This document shows positions 36,572-45,396 of a DNA stretch of 64,000 nucleotides, piece after piece. Source of the DNA: an uncultured Planctomycetaceae bacterium (lineage in GTDB: Bacteria > Planctomycetota > Planctomycetia > Planctomycetales > Planctomycetaceae). Location: NCBI GenBank assembly GCA_964646205.1, contig CAZYAZ010000005.1, forward strand, positions 17,791-81,790, written 5' to 3'. Position numbers and translations under genes: made by a program. The notes beneath the pieces were generated by a model. That model was not told the DNA's origin and made no database searches. It saw nothing but the letters and a program-made list of their open reading frames with translations. The number at the start of each line of letters is the position of its first letter. The first letter of the stretch is position 1.

Positions 36572-36775
36572 CGGTTCTGGTCCTTGTTGCAATGGTGGCT
36601 GGCGTCATCAGGGGCGATCACTCGGACCATGATGTCGAGGCCTTGCGTTGCCGTCCAGCAAGAGCCAGGTCTCACAGCTCGTGTCGGCCCAGGGCGAAGT
36701 CTGAAAAGATCCCGCCAAAGTTTGCCAGAAGCGATTTTCCGTCCTGTTCGTGGCAAATCGACCGATAACGATGAT

Positions 36776-38131
36776 ATGAGGTTGTGTGCGCTCATTTTGA
36801 TGTCCTGTGTGCTGCCAGCAACGATGGAAGCTGGCGAGTCGGCAGGTTGGCGGCCGCGTGTCGCCAGGGAGCCGGTACGGCGAATGGCACGTGAGCAGGT
36901 CAAGGTCGTCCCAATTGTTGCGGTCGAACCGGCGAGACCCAGAACCCTGTCTGAGTTTCGGTCTTTGGCGGAATCGCGGCATCCTGCGCTCAGAATCAAC
37001 TCGGCACGGATCGACGAAGCTCGCGGCGATCATCGACAGGCGGGGCTGTGGCCGAATCCCGTCGTGGGGTATCGCGGTGAGGAGATGGGGAACCAGGGGA
37101 CACCGGGAATGCAGGGTGGGTTCATCCGGCAGAAAATCATTACCGGTCAAAAACTGAAGTTGGCGTCGTCGGTGGCAGCTGCGAGGGTGATGGAGCGTGA
37201 ACACCTGGCGACGATGGCCAGGGAACAAGTAGTCGGAGATGTCCGAGTTCGGTTCTACGACACGTTGATTGCCCAGCAGCGTGTCGAGTTGACGTCACAA
37301 CTGTCAAAGCTCGGACTGGAACTGGCCCGTGCAACGGCCATGTTGGTGCAGGCCAAGCAGGTCTCGCGTAATGGGCTGTACCAGGCCGAGATCGCCTCTG
37401 AACAGGCTGCAGCTTTGGAGGAGAACTCGAAAAACGAATTGTCGGAAGCTCGTCGGCTGTTGGCGTTGTCGGTTGGTGTGGCCGATTTGAACGTTGGCAC
37501 TCTGGAGGGCAATGTGACCTCCAATTTGACCGATATGACCTGGGAGGAGTGTCGCCGCCGGGTGCTGGCCGAGCATCCCGGTTTGGCGGCCGCACGGGCG
37601 AGGTTGACCTTGTCGGCTCGAGAAATGGCCCGACAGAAGCGGTTGGTGATTCCGGACCTGGATGTCCGGGTCGGCAGGGCACACATGTACACCAGTGACA
37701 GCGATGTCACCAGCGTGATGGTCGGAGTGCCCCTGCCGATCTTTGATCGTAACCAGGGGGGGATTTCGCGATCCGAGGCGGGGGCGGTGCGGGCGCGTTT
37801 CGAGGTGGAACGGATGGAGGTCGAATTGGAACAACGGGCGGCTTCGGCTTACCGGGAATATTCCAATGCCCGTCACCAGGCGCGTCGTTATTCGGACAAG
37901 ATTCTTCCCCGGGCTCGGAAGTCGATCGAGTCGGTGAAAGAGGGGTACCGCGAAGGCCAGGTGAGGTACCTGGAACTGTTGCTCGCACAACAGAAGTTCG
38001 TCGAAGTGAACCTGGTCTACCTATCGACTATCCGCAAATTGCGAGAGTCTGTGACCGTGATCGAGTCGAAGTTGTTGTCTGGTGGGTTGCATGGGCATCG
38101 GCTTGGGAATGATGCGTCATCGCGTCGCTAA
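36776..38131 (+). CDS. TolC/CzcC-family outer-membrane efflux protein
   Basis: Signal peptide MRLCALILMSCVLPATMEA. Two repeated coiled-coil/beta units. HPALRINSARIDEARGDHRQAGLWPNPVVGY is typical of CzcC-like OMFs. Confidence 0.8.
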   Translation: MRLCALILMSCVLPATMEAGESAGWRPRVAREPVRRMAREQVKVVPIVAVEPARPRTLSEFRSLAESRHPALRINSARIDEARGDHRQAGLWPNPVVGYRGEEMGNQGTPGMQGGFIRQKIITGQKLKLASSVAAARVMEREHLATMAREQVVGDVRVRFYDTLIAQQRVELTSQLSKLGLELARATAMLVQAKQVSRNGLYQAEIASEQAAALEENSKNELSEARRLLALSVGVADLNVGTLEGNVTSNLTDMTWEECRRRVLAEHPGLAAARARLTLSAREMARQKRLVIPDLDVRVGRAHMYTSDSDVTSVMVGVPLPIFDRNQGGISRSEAGAVRARFEVERMEVELEQRAASAYREYSNARHQARRYSDKILPRARKSIESVKEGYREGQVRYLELLLAQQKFVEVNLVYLSTIRKLRESVTVIESKLLSGGLHGHRLGNDASSRR

Positions 38132-38226
38132 TCGCATTGAGTCGGGAAGAAAATGTTGTCCCCTGGAGGGGGGTTGCATATAGTTTGCCCAAGCGGAGTG
38201 ATTGGTTGACCGAGGTGTAGGGCGTC

Positions 38227-38679
38227 GTGATGTGCGTCACAGAATCCACAAGTGGACGTAAAAAACGCTGGCGGTCGGTGTCTCGAGGTTTGCTGGTGAC
38301 GCTGACCCTGATTTGCCCGCTGGTGTATTCAACTGGCGCCTGTTGCTCGACACTGGTCCCGTCTTCTTCGTCTCCAGAGGTTGGCAAGGCGGCGTGTGCC
38401 TGTTGTCAGCATGAGGACCAGCGAAGCCGGTCGCCGCGATCGGTTCCGTCTCCTCATATGCCGGCGTGCCAGTGCGCAAGTTCGACTGCTCCTGTCATCG
38501 TGCCTGTCATCGTGTCTGTCCCCAGGCAGGGCGGGGCGGGTTACCGTGACGTGGTTGGAGGCGAATCTCCCAGGCATCACCAGGGCTCTTCGTCGTTGTG
38601 CCCGGTTGCGGATGGCGTGTCGTCACGGGAAGTGTGGGGACGACGGCTTTGTGTCTCCCATGGTGTGCTGATCTGTTAA
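38227..38679 (+). CDS. small Cys/His/Ser-rich hypothetical protein with N-terminal hydrophobic segment (coding status uncertain)
   Basis: GTG 38227 / ATG 38230. It begins RKKRWRSVSRGLLVTLTLICPLVYSTGACC and continues with AACACCQHE and MPACQCASS. It contains a perfect 12-nt tandem duplication at 38491-38514 (PVIVPVIV). It sits between the TolC gene and the ABC permease on the same strand. I recognise no homology. Confidence 0.3.
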   Translation: MMCVTESTSGRKKRWRSVSRGLLVTLTLICPLVYSTGACCSTLVPSSSSPEVGKAACACCQHEDQRSRSPRSVPSPHMPACQCASSTAPVIVPVIVSVPRQGGAGYRDVVGGESPRHHQGSSSLCPVADGVSSREVWGRRLCVSHGVLIC

Positions 38680-38689
38680 GCCAATGATT

Positions 38690-38722
38690 CCACCAGCGCT
38701 GGACTGGATCTGCCGCTGGTGG
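38690..38722 (+). other. 9-bp inverted repeat (CCACCAGCG / CGCTGGTGG, 15-nt loop) in the spacer before the ABC permease gene
   Basis: Read directly: arms at 38690-38698 and 38714-38722. No U-tract follows. The function is unknown (attenuator, processing site or chance). Confidence 0.25.
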
Positions 38723-38783
38723 TGCTGAATGGCCAACGATCAATTGTTGGGCCTTCCAGGCTCGAAGTCAGGACACAGAAAAA

Positions 38784-39953
38784 GTGCTCACCTTGCGATT
38801 GCTCCCCTGGGAGTATTCCGTTCGCAACCTGTTTCGCCGTCCGTTGCGCACCGTTTTGACGCTGTTGGGTCTGACCACGGTGCTGCTGCTGGTGCTGGTG
38901 GTGATTGGTTTTATTCGTGGGCTGGAGGCGTCGCTGGCCAATAGTGGTGATCCGGATACTGCCATTGTTTTCGCGGTGAACATGAACGAGAACCTGGAAT
39001 ACTCGTCAATCCCAGGAAAGACGTCGGGACTGGTGGCGGCGAGTGTTCCGGGTGTTGGCCAGAGATACGGCCGAAAGTACGTCTCGCCGGAATTGTATCT
39101 CGGTACCGAAATCAAGGTTGGAGAGCGAGAGCAGCCATCGTTGGGATTGATTCGTGGTGTCACCGACGCCGTTTTGCAGGTGCGACGTGGCGTGCAGATT
39201 GAACGCGGGGAGTGGCCTTCGCCGGGCGAGGTTCTCATTGGGACTCTGGCCACAACGAAACTCGGCGTGGATGAGTCGGAATTGGATATTGGTGGAAAGT
39301 TGTGGTTCGAGGGGCGTTGGTGGCGTGTCTCGGGGGTTTTTTCGGCTGCGGGCGCAGCGTTCGAGTCCGAGACATGGTGTCGCCTGGATGACCTGCAGCA
39401 GGCAATGCAGCGTCAGGACCTGAGTCTCGTTGCCGTGACGTTTGGTCCTGACGGTGATTTTTCCGATCTGCAGTTGTTTTGCAGTGAACGGAAAGACTTG
39501 GAATTGCAGTCAATCCGGGAGACGGACTATTACGCCCTTCTTCAGCGAGATTACCGGCCGATTCGCGGCTTGGCGTGGTTGGTGGTGGCGTTGGTTGCGG
39601 GGGCCGGCGTGTTTGCGGGCCTGAATACAATGTACGCGTCAACGATGGGACGGGTCAGGGAATTGGCGGCATTGCAGACGATTGGATTCGGTCGGGGAGC
39701 TTTGTTGTTGGGCTTGATCCAGGAAGGAGTTCTGTTGTCTTTGTCGGCGACACTGCTGGCCGTGGCGATCGCACTGGCAGTGCTGCGGAGTGCTTCAATT
39801 CAATTCACCATGGGGGCGTTTGACCTGGCGATCGATGGTCCGAGCATTCTTGTGGTCTGTGCGATTGGGGTGATGCTTGGTGTTTTTGGGGCGGTGCCTC
39901 CGGCAGTTCGAGCCCTGCGGATGCCGGTTGTTGAAGGGTTGAAAGCGGTGTGA
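38784..39953 (+). CDS. ABC transporter permease, FtsX/MacB-LolC type (permease 1)
   Basis: The N-terminus LRLLPWEYSVRNLFRRPLRTVLTLLGL is the typical MacB/FtsX TM1. A large extracytoplasmic domain follows, then a C-terminal three-TM FtsX region ending ALRMPVVEGLKAV. Confidence 0.8.
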   Translation: MLTLRLLPWEYSVRNLFRRPLRTVLTLLGLTTVLLLVLVVIGFIRGLEASLANSGDPDTAIVFAVNMNENLEYSSIPGKTSGLVAASVPGVGQRYGRKYVSPELYLGTEIKVGEREQPSLGLIRGVTDAVLQVRRGVQIERGEWPSPGEVLIGTLATTKLGVDESELDIGGKLWFEGRWWRVSGVFSAAGAAFESETWCRLDDLQQAMQRQDLSLVAVTFGPDGDFSDLQLFCSERKDLELQSIRETDYYALLQRDYRPIRGLAWLVVALVAGAGVFAGLNTMYASTMGRVRELAALQTIGFGRGALLLGLIQEGVLLSLSATLLAVAIALAVLRSASIQFTMGAFDLAIDGPSILVVCAIGVMLGVFGAVPPAVRALRMPVVEGLKAV

Positions 39954-40037
39954 GTGGGCGGGTGGACAAAACCGGAAACTGGTCGAAGAACAAAACGTTT
40001 AAAAACTATTCCCCATGTTGGGAAAAAGGGAGTCGCG

Positions 40038-40559
40038 ATGACAATCAATAACCGTTTGGCTGCGGTGAGTGGCTTACTGTTGGTGACGATGTTGGTGGGG
40101 TGTGGTGGTGGCGAAGTGGAGTCACCAGAGGTGTCCATCGATGCGACCCCTTACCTTTTGAAAGCGGCACCAGCCGAAGCCCTGGAGGTTGCCGCGGTGC
40201 ATCAGTCGGTCGAGGACACTCGCGAGGTCGTGGTTGTGGGGAAGATCGGTGGCAGCCTCAACCCCTGGATCGAAGGACGTTCCGCATTCAACATCGTCGA
40301 CCGAAAGGTGCGGTCCTGCACAGACATACCCGGGGATGACTGTCCGACGCCGTGGGATTACTGTTGCTCGCAGTCTGACCTGATCAATTCGACAGCGCTG
40401 GTGAAGGTGGTGGGAGCGGATGGGGAATTGCTGGCTGCCGACGCGAGGAGTTTGTTTGGTGTGAAGGAATTGCAGACGGTGGTCGTGCGTGGCACCGCCA
40501 CGAAGGACGACAAGGGCAACCTGGTTGTCGTGTCCACGGGATTGTTTATCAAGAAATGA
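40038..40559 (+). CDS. lipoprotein with beta-rich (OB-like) domain and a four-Cys cluster
   Basis: AAAAAGGGAG RBS followed by ATG 40038. Lipobox LLVTMLVGC. Cys cluster VRSCTDIPGDDCPTPWDYCC. The stop overlaps the next start in an ATGA. Confidence 0.6.
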   Translation: MTINNRLAAVSGLLLVTMLVGCGGGEVESPEVSIDATPYLLKAAPAEALEVAAVHQSVEDTREVVVVGKIGGSLNPWIEGRSAFNIVDRKVRSCTDIPGDDCPTPWDYCCSQSDLINSTALVKVVGADGELLAADARSLFGVKELQTVVVRGTATKDDKGNLVVVSTGLFIKK

Positions 40560-42241
40560 CGCTCGTCGTCTTTGCGACGAATCTCGACCAAGCTGTTATG
40601 CCGGAAATCGATCTCAAACAACTGGCCATCGATCGCGACGAAACGGCACCGGGTGCCGGGTCGGGGCGATCTCGAAGGCGGCTGCTGACCCGGTACATTC
40701 TGCCCGGTTCAATGGTGGCCGGATTCGTGTTGCTGGCCGGGTGGCTGGGCTGGGACGTGGTATTTCCTCCGCGTGAGGTCACGGTTGTTCAGTTGTTGAC
40801 AACCCGGGCGGTGGCGGCTGAAGCCGGGACCCCGGTGTTCCAGGCCAGCGGATGGGTAGAACCTCGCCCCACTTCAATTCGAGTTGCAGCGTTGGCACCG
40901 GGAGTGGTCGAGAAGTTGATGGTTGTCGAGGATCAGTTGGTCGAGGTGGGACAGCCAATTGCGGCGATGATTCAAGATGATGCGACCCTGGAACTGGAGG
41001 CAGCCGAGGCGGTGTTGAGCCTGCGCCGCGCCGAAAAAATGGATGTCGAAGCGGTGTTGGCTGCCGCCGAGTTGAGGCTGTCCCGTCCGGTGCACCTGGA
41101 GGCCCCTCTGCGAGCGGCCGAGGGCGAGTTGGCTGGCGTGGTGACCCGGGTGAAGAGTCTTCCCTTCGAGACGCGGCAGGCCGAGGCCATGCTTGTAGCG
41201 GCTCGAGTCGATCATTCGGGGAAGGTGGCTGCCAGGGGGGTGGTGGCGGAAGTGGAAATCGCCCGGGCCAAGTCGGTCCTGGAACAGTCCGCCGCGAGGG
41301 TGCAAGACTTACAAAAGCGGGTCATCACCTTGGCACAAGAAGAACAGGCGTGGCGTCAACAGGTGGCTGCGTTGAAGATTCGGCTGGAACTGCTGGCTGA
41401 TGAAACCGAAGCCAGGGACCAGGCGCGGGCCAGGTTGCGCGCCGCAAAGGCCCAGATTGCCGCGGCTGGTGTCAGAGTGTCAGAGGCTCGCCTGAAACTG
41501 GATCGGATGACAGTCAAAGCGCCGGCGGCCGGCCGGGTTTATCAACTGGTTGCTGCGCCGGGCGCGAGAATTGGCGAGGGCATGGTTCAGATGCAGGGAC
41601 ACGATGGCAGTACCGTCGTGACCCTGTATCAACCCGATCAACTCCAGGTCCGAGTCGATGTTCGGTTCAGCGATTTGCCCCAGGTGGTCACCGGCCAGTT
41701 GGTGCGGATTAATAACCCCGCGTTGGCCGAGCCACTGACCGGACGCGTGTTGTTTGTCAGTTCCATAGCGGACATCCAGAAAAATACGCTGGAGGTCAAG
41801 GTTGTTATCGACACGCCCCCTTCGCTGTTCAAGCCCGACATGCTGGTTGACGTCACATTTCTTTCGGCTGGTAAACAGCCCGGTGTGGAACGTTCGGGAG
41901 TACGACCGCGATACTTTGTCCCGCGAGCGTTGGTTCGTTCAGACGCAGAGGGGAACTTTGTCTGGGGAGTGGATCAGGCACGGGGCCGGGTCCGCCGGAT
42001 TGCGGTGACACTGGGTGTTGGAGCCCCCGGCGGACTGGTCGAGGTGACCGGTAAGCTGGCGATGGGAGACCGCATTGTTGCTCGAGGCGGTGACGGATTG
42101 CTGGACGGCCAGAGAGTGAAAAATTCTGGAGAAGAACCCGAAGCCGCTTTTAGCGATGGCAACTCCAGGGTGCCCGGTCGTGCCCCGGGTGTTCCCGGAG
42201 ACAAGGGCGCGAGGGGTGAGGGAATGGGAAAGGAACATTGA
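40556..42241 (+). CDS. HlyD-family periplasmic adaptor (membrane fusion protein)
   Basis: N-terminal TM ([20 protein letters not shown]). Long alpha-helical hairpin region ([11 protein letters not shown]...[24 protein letters not shown]). Beta-barrel region [12 protein letters not shown]. Alternative ATG at 40598. Confidence 0.8.
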   Translation: MTLVVFATNLDQAVMPEIDLKQLAIDRDETAPGAGSGRSRRRLLTRYILPGSMVAGFVLLAGWLGWDVVFPPREVTVVQLLTTRAVAAEAGTPVFQASGWVEPRPTSIRVAALAPGVVEKLMVVEDQLVEVGQPIAAMIQDDATLELEAAEAVLSLRRAEKMDVEAVLAAAELRLSRPVHLEAPLRAAEGELAGVVTRVKSLPFETRQAEAMLVAARVDHSGKVAARGVVAEVEIARAKSVLEQSAARVQDLQKRVITLAQEEQAWRQQVAALKIRLELLADETEARDQARARLRAAKAQIAAAGVRVSEARLKLDRMTVKAPAAGRVYQLVAAPGARIGEGMVQMQGHDGSTVVTLYQPDQLQVRVDVRFSDLPQVVTGQLVRINNPALAEPLTGRVLFVSSIADIQKNTLEVKVVIDTPPSLFKPDMLVDVTFLSAGKQPGVERSGVRPRYFVPRALVRSDAEGNFVWGVDQARGRVRRIAVTLGVGAPGGLVEVTGKLAMGDRIVARGGDGLLDGQRVKNSGEEPEAAFSDGNSRVPGRAPGVPGDKGARGEGMGKEH

Positions 42242-42957
42242 TGGCACTGGTCGAAATCCGTGACCTTGTGCGGCGATATCATAAGGGGGGGGAGACGATT
42301 ACACCGCTGGATGGGGTGTCACTGGATATTCATTCCGGCGATTTCTCGTCTTTGATGGGGGCCAGCGGCAGTGGCAAGTCGACGCTCTTGAACCTCTTGG
42401 CGGGGATCGACTCGCCCGACGAGGGTTCAATACGCGTGGGTGGTGTCGAAATCACATCGTTGTCTCGTGGGCAACTGTCGCGGTGGCGTGCCAAACACGT
42501 CGGGTACATTTTCCAGGACCACAATCTGGTGCCGGTGCTGACTGCGTGGGAGAATGTCGAATTGCCCCTGTTGCTGTTGAAGATGTCACGGGCAGAACGG
42601 CAGAGGCGCGTCGATGTGGCCTTGCAGGCTGTCGACCTCACCGATCGGGCCGACCATTACCCCAGGCAACTCTCGGGTGGACAAGAACAGCGAGTGGGGA
42701 TCGCCCGCGCAATCGTGGCACATCCGACACTGGTGGTGGCTGACGAGCCGACAGGTGATCTGGACGGAGAAACAACGACTCAAATCCTGGGCCTGCTGGG
42801 CCGCCTCAATCGCGAACTGGATATCACCTTGTTGATGGTCACGCACGACAAGCAGGCCGCGGACATTGCCGGTCGACAGTTGGTTCTGGTGGACGGCAGG
42901 CTGTTTGAGTCAGGCCGTGAGACAGCCGCAATCGGTGCTGCGCGAGGTGACGAGTGA
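42238..42957 (+). CDS. ABC transporter ATP-binding protein (MacB/LolD-like)
   Basis: Walker [10 protein letters not shown], signature [14 protein letters not shown], Walker [17 protein letters not shown]-type overlaps on both sides. Confidence 0.9.
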   Translation: MMALVEIRDLVRRYHKGGETITPLDGVSLDIHSGDFSSLMGASGSGKSTLLNLLAGIDSPDEGSIRVGGVEITSLSRGQLSRWRAKHVGYIFQDHNLVPVLTAWENVELPLLLLKMSRAERQRRVDVALQAVDLTDRADHYPRQLSGGQEQRVGIARAIVAHPTLVVADEPTGDLDGETTTQILGLLGRLNRELDITLLMVTHDKQAADIAGRQLVLVDGRLFESGRETAAIGAARGDE

Positions 42958-44096
42958 TCCGTTTTCTCCCATACATTGTCAAGACTCTCTGGCGACACCG
43001 GTCGCGGACGGTGCTGACACTGGCCGGGTCGGCCGTGGCGCTATTCGTGTTCTGTTTTGTGGGAGCTGTCCAGGAGGGCATGGAGGATCTACGGGTGCGG
43101 CAAGCCGGTGATCGGTCACTGGTCGTGTTTCAGGCCAACAAGTTTTGTCCAGCGACCAGTCAACTTCCCGAGGATTACACCGAGCAAATTGAAACCCTTC
43201 CGGGGGTCGAACGGGCGGTTCCGATCCAAGTATTCACAAACAACTGTCGAGCGAGTCTGGATGTGGTCGTGTTCTATGGAGTGCCGCCGCAAGAGGTGAG
43301 GCGGATTCGTGATTTTCGATTGGTGAATGGGTCGTGGGCGGAGTTTGAGGCGCGTTCGAACCAGAATGCAGCCATCGTGGGACGGGCAGTCGCCGAGAGA
43401 CGGGGGGGCCAGGGGGCGCTGTCTATTGGCGGTGTGACTGTTGAGGTGGCGGGAGTGTATGAATCGGATGATCCCGCCGAGGAAAATTACATCTACACAC
43501 ACCTGGGCTTCTTACAACGTCGCCATGGCCGGGATCTGCAGGGCCGGGTGACCCAGATTGAAGTGCATCTGGACGAGTCTGCTGATGCGGTGGCGACCGC
43601 AGGAGCAATCGACAAGATGTTTCAATCTGGGCAGGTGGAAACCGACACGCGTCCCAAGGGGGCGTTTCAACTCAAGAGCCTGGGGGATCTCTCGCAATTG
43701 ATCAGTATGTCCAGATACCTTGGCCTGGCCTGTGTCGGATTGGTGTTGGCTCTGGTAGGAACGACGACATTGATGTCGGTGCAAGACAGGGTGAAGGAGC
43801 ACGCGGTCCTCCAAACCATCGGATTTACTGGTGGAGAAGTGTTCGGGCTGGTGTTGATTGAGAGTGCGGTTTTGAGTGTGTTCGGAGGTGGATTGGGAGT
43901 AGCGGCGGCGGCAGCGACCTTGCAGCTGGTTCCGATGTCAGTGGGGGCCGAGGCGGTGACGATTGCTTTTCAGGCCACCGGACGTTTGGCTGTGCTTGGC
44001 GTTGTGGTGTCGTTGCTCGTGGGGGTGTTGGCGGGGATTCCGCCGGCGTGGCATGCGTCGCGTACGGATCTGGTCGCCGCATTGCGAGGTGCGTAG
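42954..44096 (+). CDS. ABC transporter permease, FtsX/MacB-LolE type (permease 2)
   Basis: [26 protein letters not shown] (TM1), then an extracytoplasmic domain and a C-terminal FtsX three-TM block ending [12 protein letters not shown]. Confidence 0.8.
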   Translation: MIRFLPYIVKTLWRHRSRTVLTLAGSAVALFVFCFVGAVQEGMEDLRVRQAGDRSLVVFQANKFCPATSQLPEDYTEQIETLPGVERAVPIQVFTNNCRASLDVVVFYGVPPQEVRRIRDFRLVNGSWAEFEARSNQNAAIVGRAVAERRGGQGALSIGGVTVEVAGVYESDDPAEENYIYTHLGFLQRRHGRDLQGRVTQIEVHLDESADAVATAGAIDKMFQSGQVETDTRPKGAFQLKSLGDLSQLISMSRYLGLACVGLVLALVGTTTLMSVQDRVKEHAVLQTIGFTGGEVFGLVLIESAVLSVFGGGLGVAAAAATLQLVPMSVGAEAVTIAFQATGRLAVLGVVVSLLVGVLAGIPPAWHASRTDLVAALRGA

Positions 44097-44165
44097 GGCC
44101 ATAGAATTGACCGGTTGTGTGGCGGGCTCCAGAATGGCCGTCCCACTCCTGCTGAAAGCGGCCCG

Positions 44166-45320
44166 ATGCTGTACCTGATCGCGTGGTTGACCGACTGCGC
44201 ACTGATCCTGTTTGTTTTCAGTGCGACTCGTGACCTGGCCGAGCGGCAGGCGGACCCCTGGACTCTGGGCACCCTGGGCGCGGCGTTCTTTTTGGCGAGC
44301 GCCATGAGCAATGCGTGGGCGGGACGGGTTTCGGATCGGATTGGGCGGCGAACAGTCGCCATTGCCGGTGGAGCGTGCCTGGTTGCGAGTTTGTCAATCC
44401 TGGTGGTGTTTGAGCACGGGGCCTGGCGATTTTATGCGGCCTATGTCTGTGCTGGGGCTTCGGTGGGACATGTTTATCCACCGGTGATTGCCCTGTTGAC
44501 ACAGAAAGTCAACCAGCGAACAGCCAGTCGCCGATTGCTGTGTTTTGGCCTCGCATTCAACCTGGGAATACTGGGTGGCCAGATTGGTGGTGGGTGGCTG
44601 TATGACCACATCAGTACAGCAGCGCCGTTGTTGACGGCAATCGGGTTGGCCATTGCAGCCGTGGTCTGCCTGGTTGCGGTGCGTGAAAATGCGGTGACGG
44701 AAAAAAGCGGGGAACAGTTGGAAACTGTGAGCCGTTCACAGCAAGCCAGCGCGAGACGATTTGTCAGGCTGGCGTGGCTGGCAAATTGTTCCGGGATGTT
44801 TTCGATGAGCACCTTGTGGTTTCTGTTTCCCCGGTTGGCGGTTTCGTTGGAGATTCCGGCACAGGATCATGGTGTTGTTCTGGGAGTCGGTCGGGCGGCT
44901 GTGATGGGAGTGTATTGTCTGATGCACGTTGTGCCGGCCTGGCATCACCGGTTTCGGTATTCGGCCATGGCACAGTTGTTGGGTCTGGGCGGAATGGTGC
45001 TGGTGTGTGTGGGCCGCACGTCCGTGGCATTGGCCCTTGGAGTCGTGCTGCTCTCGGTGTTGTTGGGTTACAACTACTTCGCCAGCCTGTACTACAACCG
45101 CGTTGGCCACGATGATCGCCGCAAAGGGGCGGCCTTCGGACTCAACGAGGCGTTTCTGTCCCTGGGCGCCGGCGGCGGGTCATTACTGGGTGGCTGGGCG
45201 GCGACTGAATGGGGACAGCGAGCCCCATTTCAACTGGCCGCCGTACTGATCGCAGCGGCATTGGTCGTTCAAGTGGTATGGTTTGTCGCCGGTCGCGCCG
45301 TCGCCGACGAGCCAAACTAG
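44166..45320 (+). CDS. MFS transporter
   Basis: About 12 hydrophobic segments. GRVSDRIGRR is the MFS loop 2-3 motif. Confidence 0.75.
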   Translation: MLYLIAWLTDCALILFVFSATRDLAERQADPWTLGTLGAAFFLASAMSNAWAGRVSDRIGRRTVAIAGGACLVASLSILVVFEHGAWRFYAAYVCAGASVGHVYPPVIALLTQKVNQRTASRRLLCFGLAFNLGILGGQIGGGWLYDHISTAAPLLTAIGLAIAAVVCLVAVRENAVTEKSGEQLETVSRSQQASARRFVRLAWLANCSGMFSMSTLWFLFPRLAVSLEIPAQDHGVVLGVGRAAVMGVYCLMHVVPAWHHRFRYSAMAQLLGLGGMVLVCVGRTSVALALGVVLLSVLLGYNYFASLYYNRVGHDDRRKGAAFGLNEAFLSLGAGGGSLLGGWAATEWGQRAPFQLAAVLIAAALVVQVVWFVAGRAVADEPN

Positions 45321-45396
45321 TTGCGCCGGGAGGGGGGCGACGGTTTGTTTGTCGGGTGTTCCGAGAGCCGGTGTGGCGTGTGTTGAACGGCTCGTT

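Noticed and set aside
36584-36775. Upstream extension of the TolC ORF. Similar extensions occur in track ORFs 1697, 7900, 17501, 21624, 23759, 31643, 39954, 44115, 51336, 53725 and 61694
   Set aside because: The track reports the longest ORF from any ATG, GTG or TTG. In each case an internal start yields a Sec, Tat or lipoprotein signal or the canonical family N-terminus, usually with a purine-rich RBS or an ATGA overlap.
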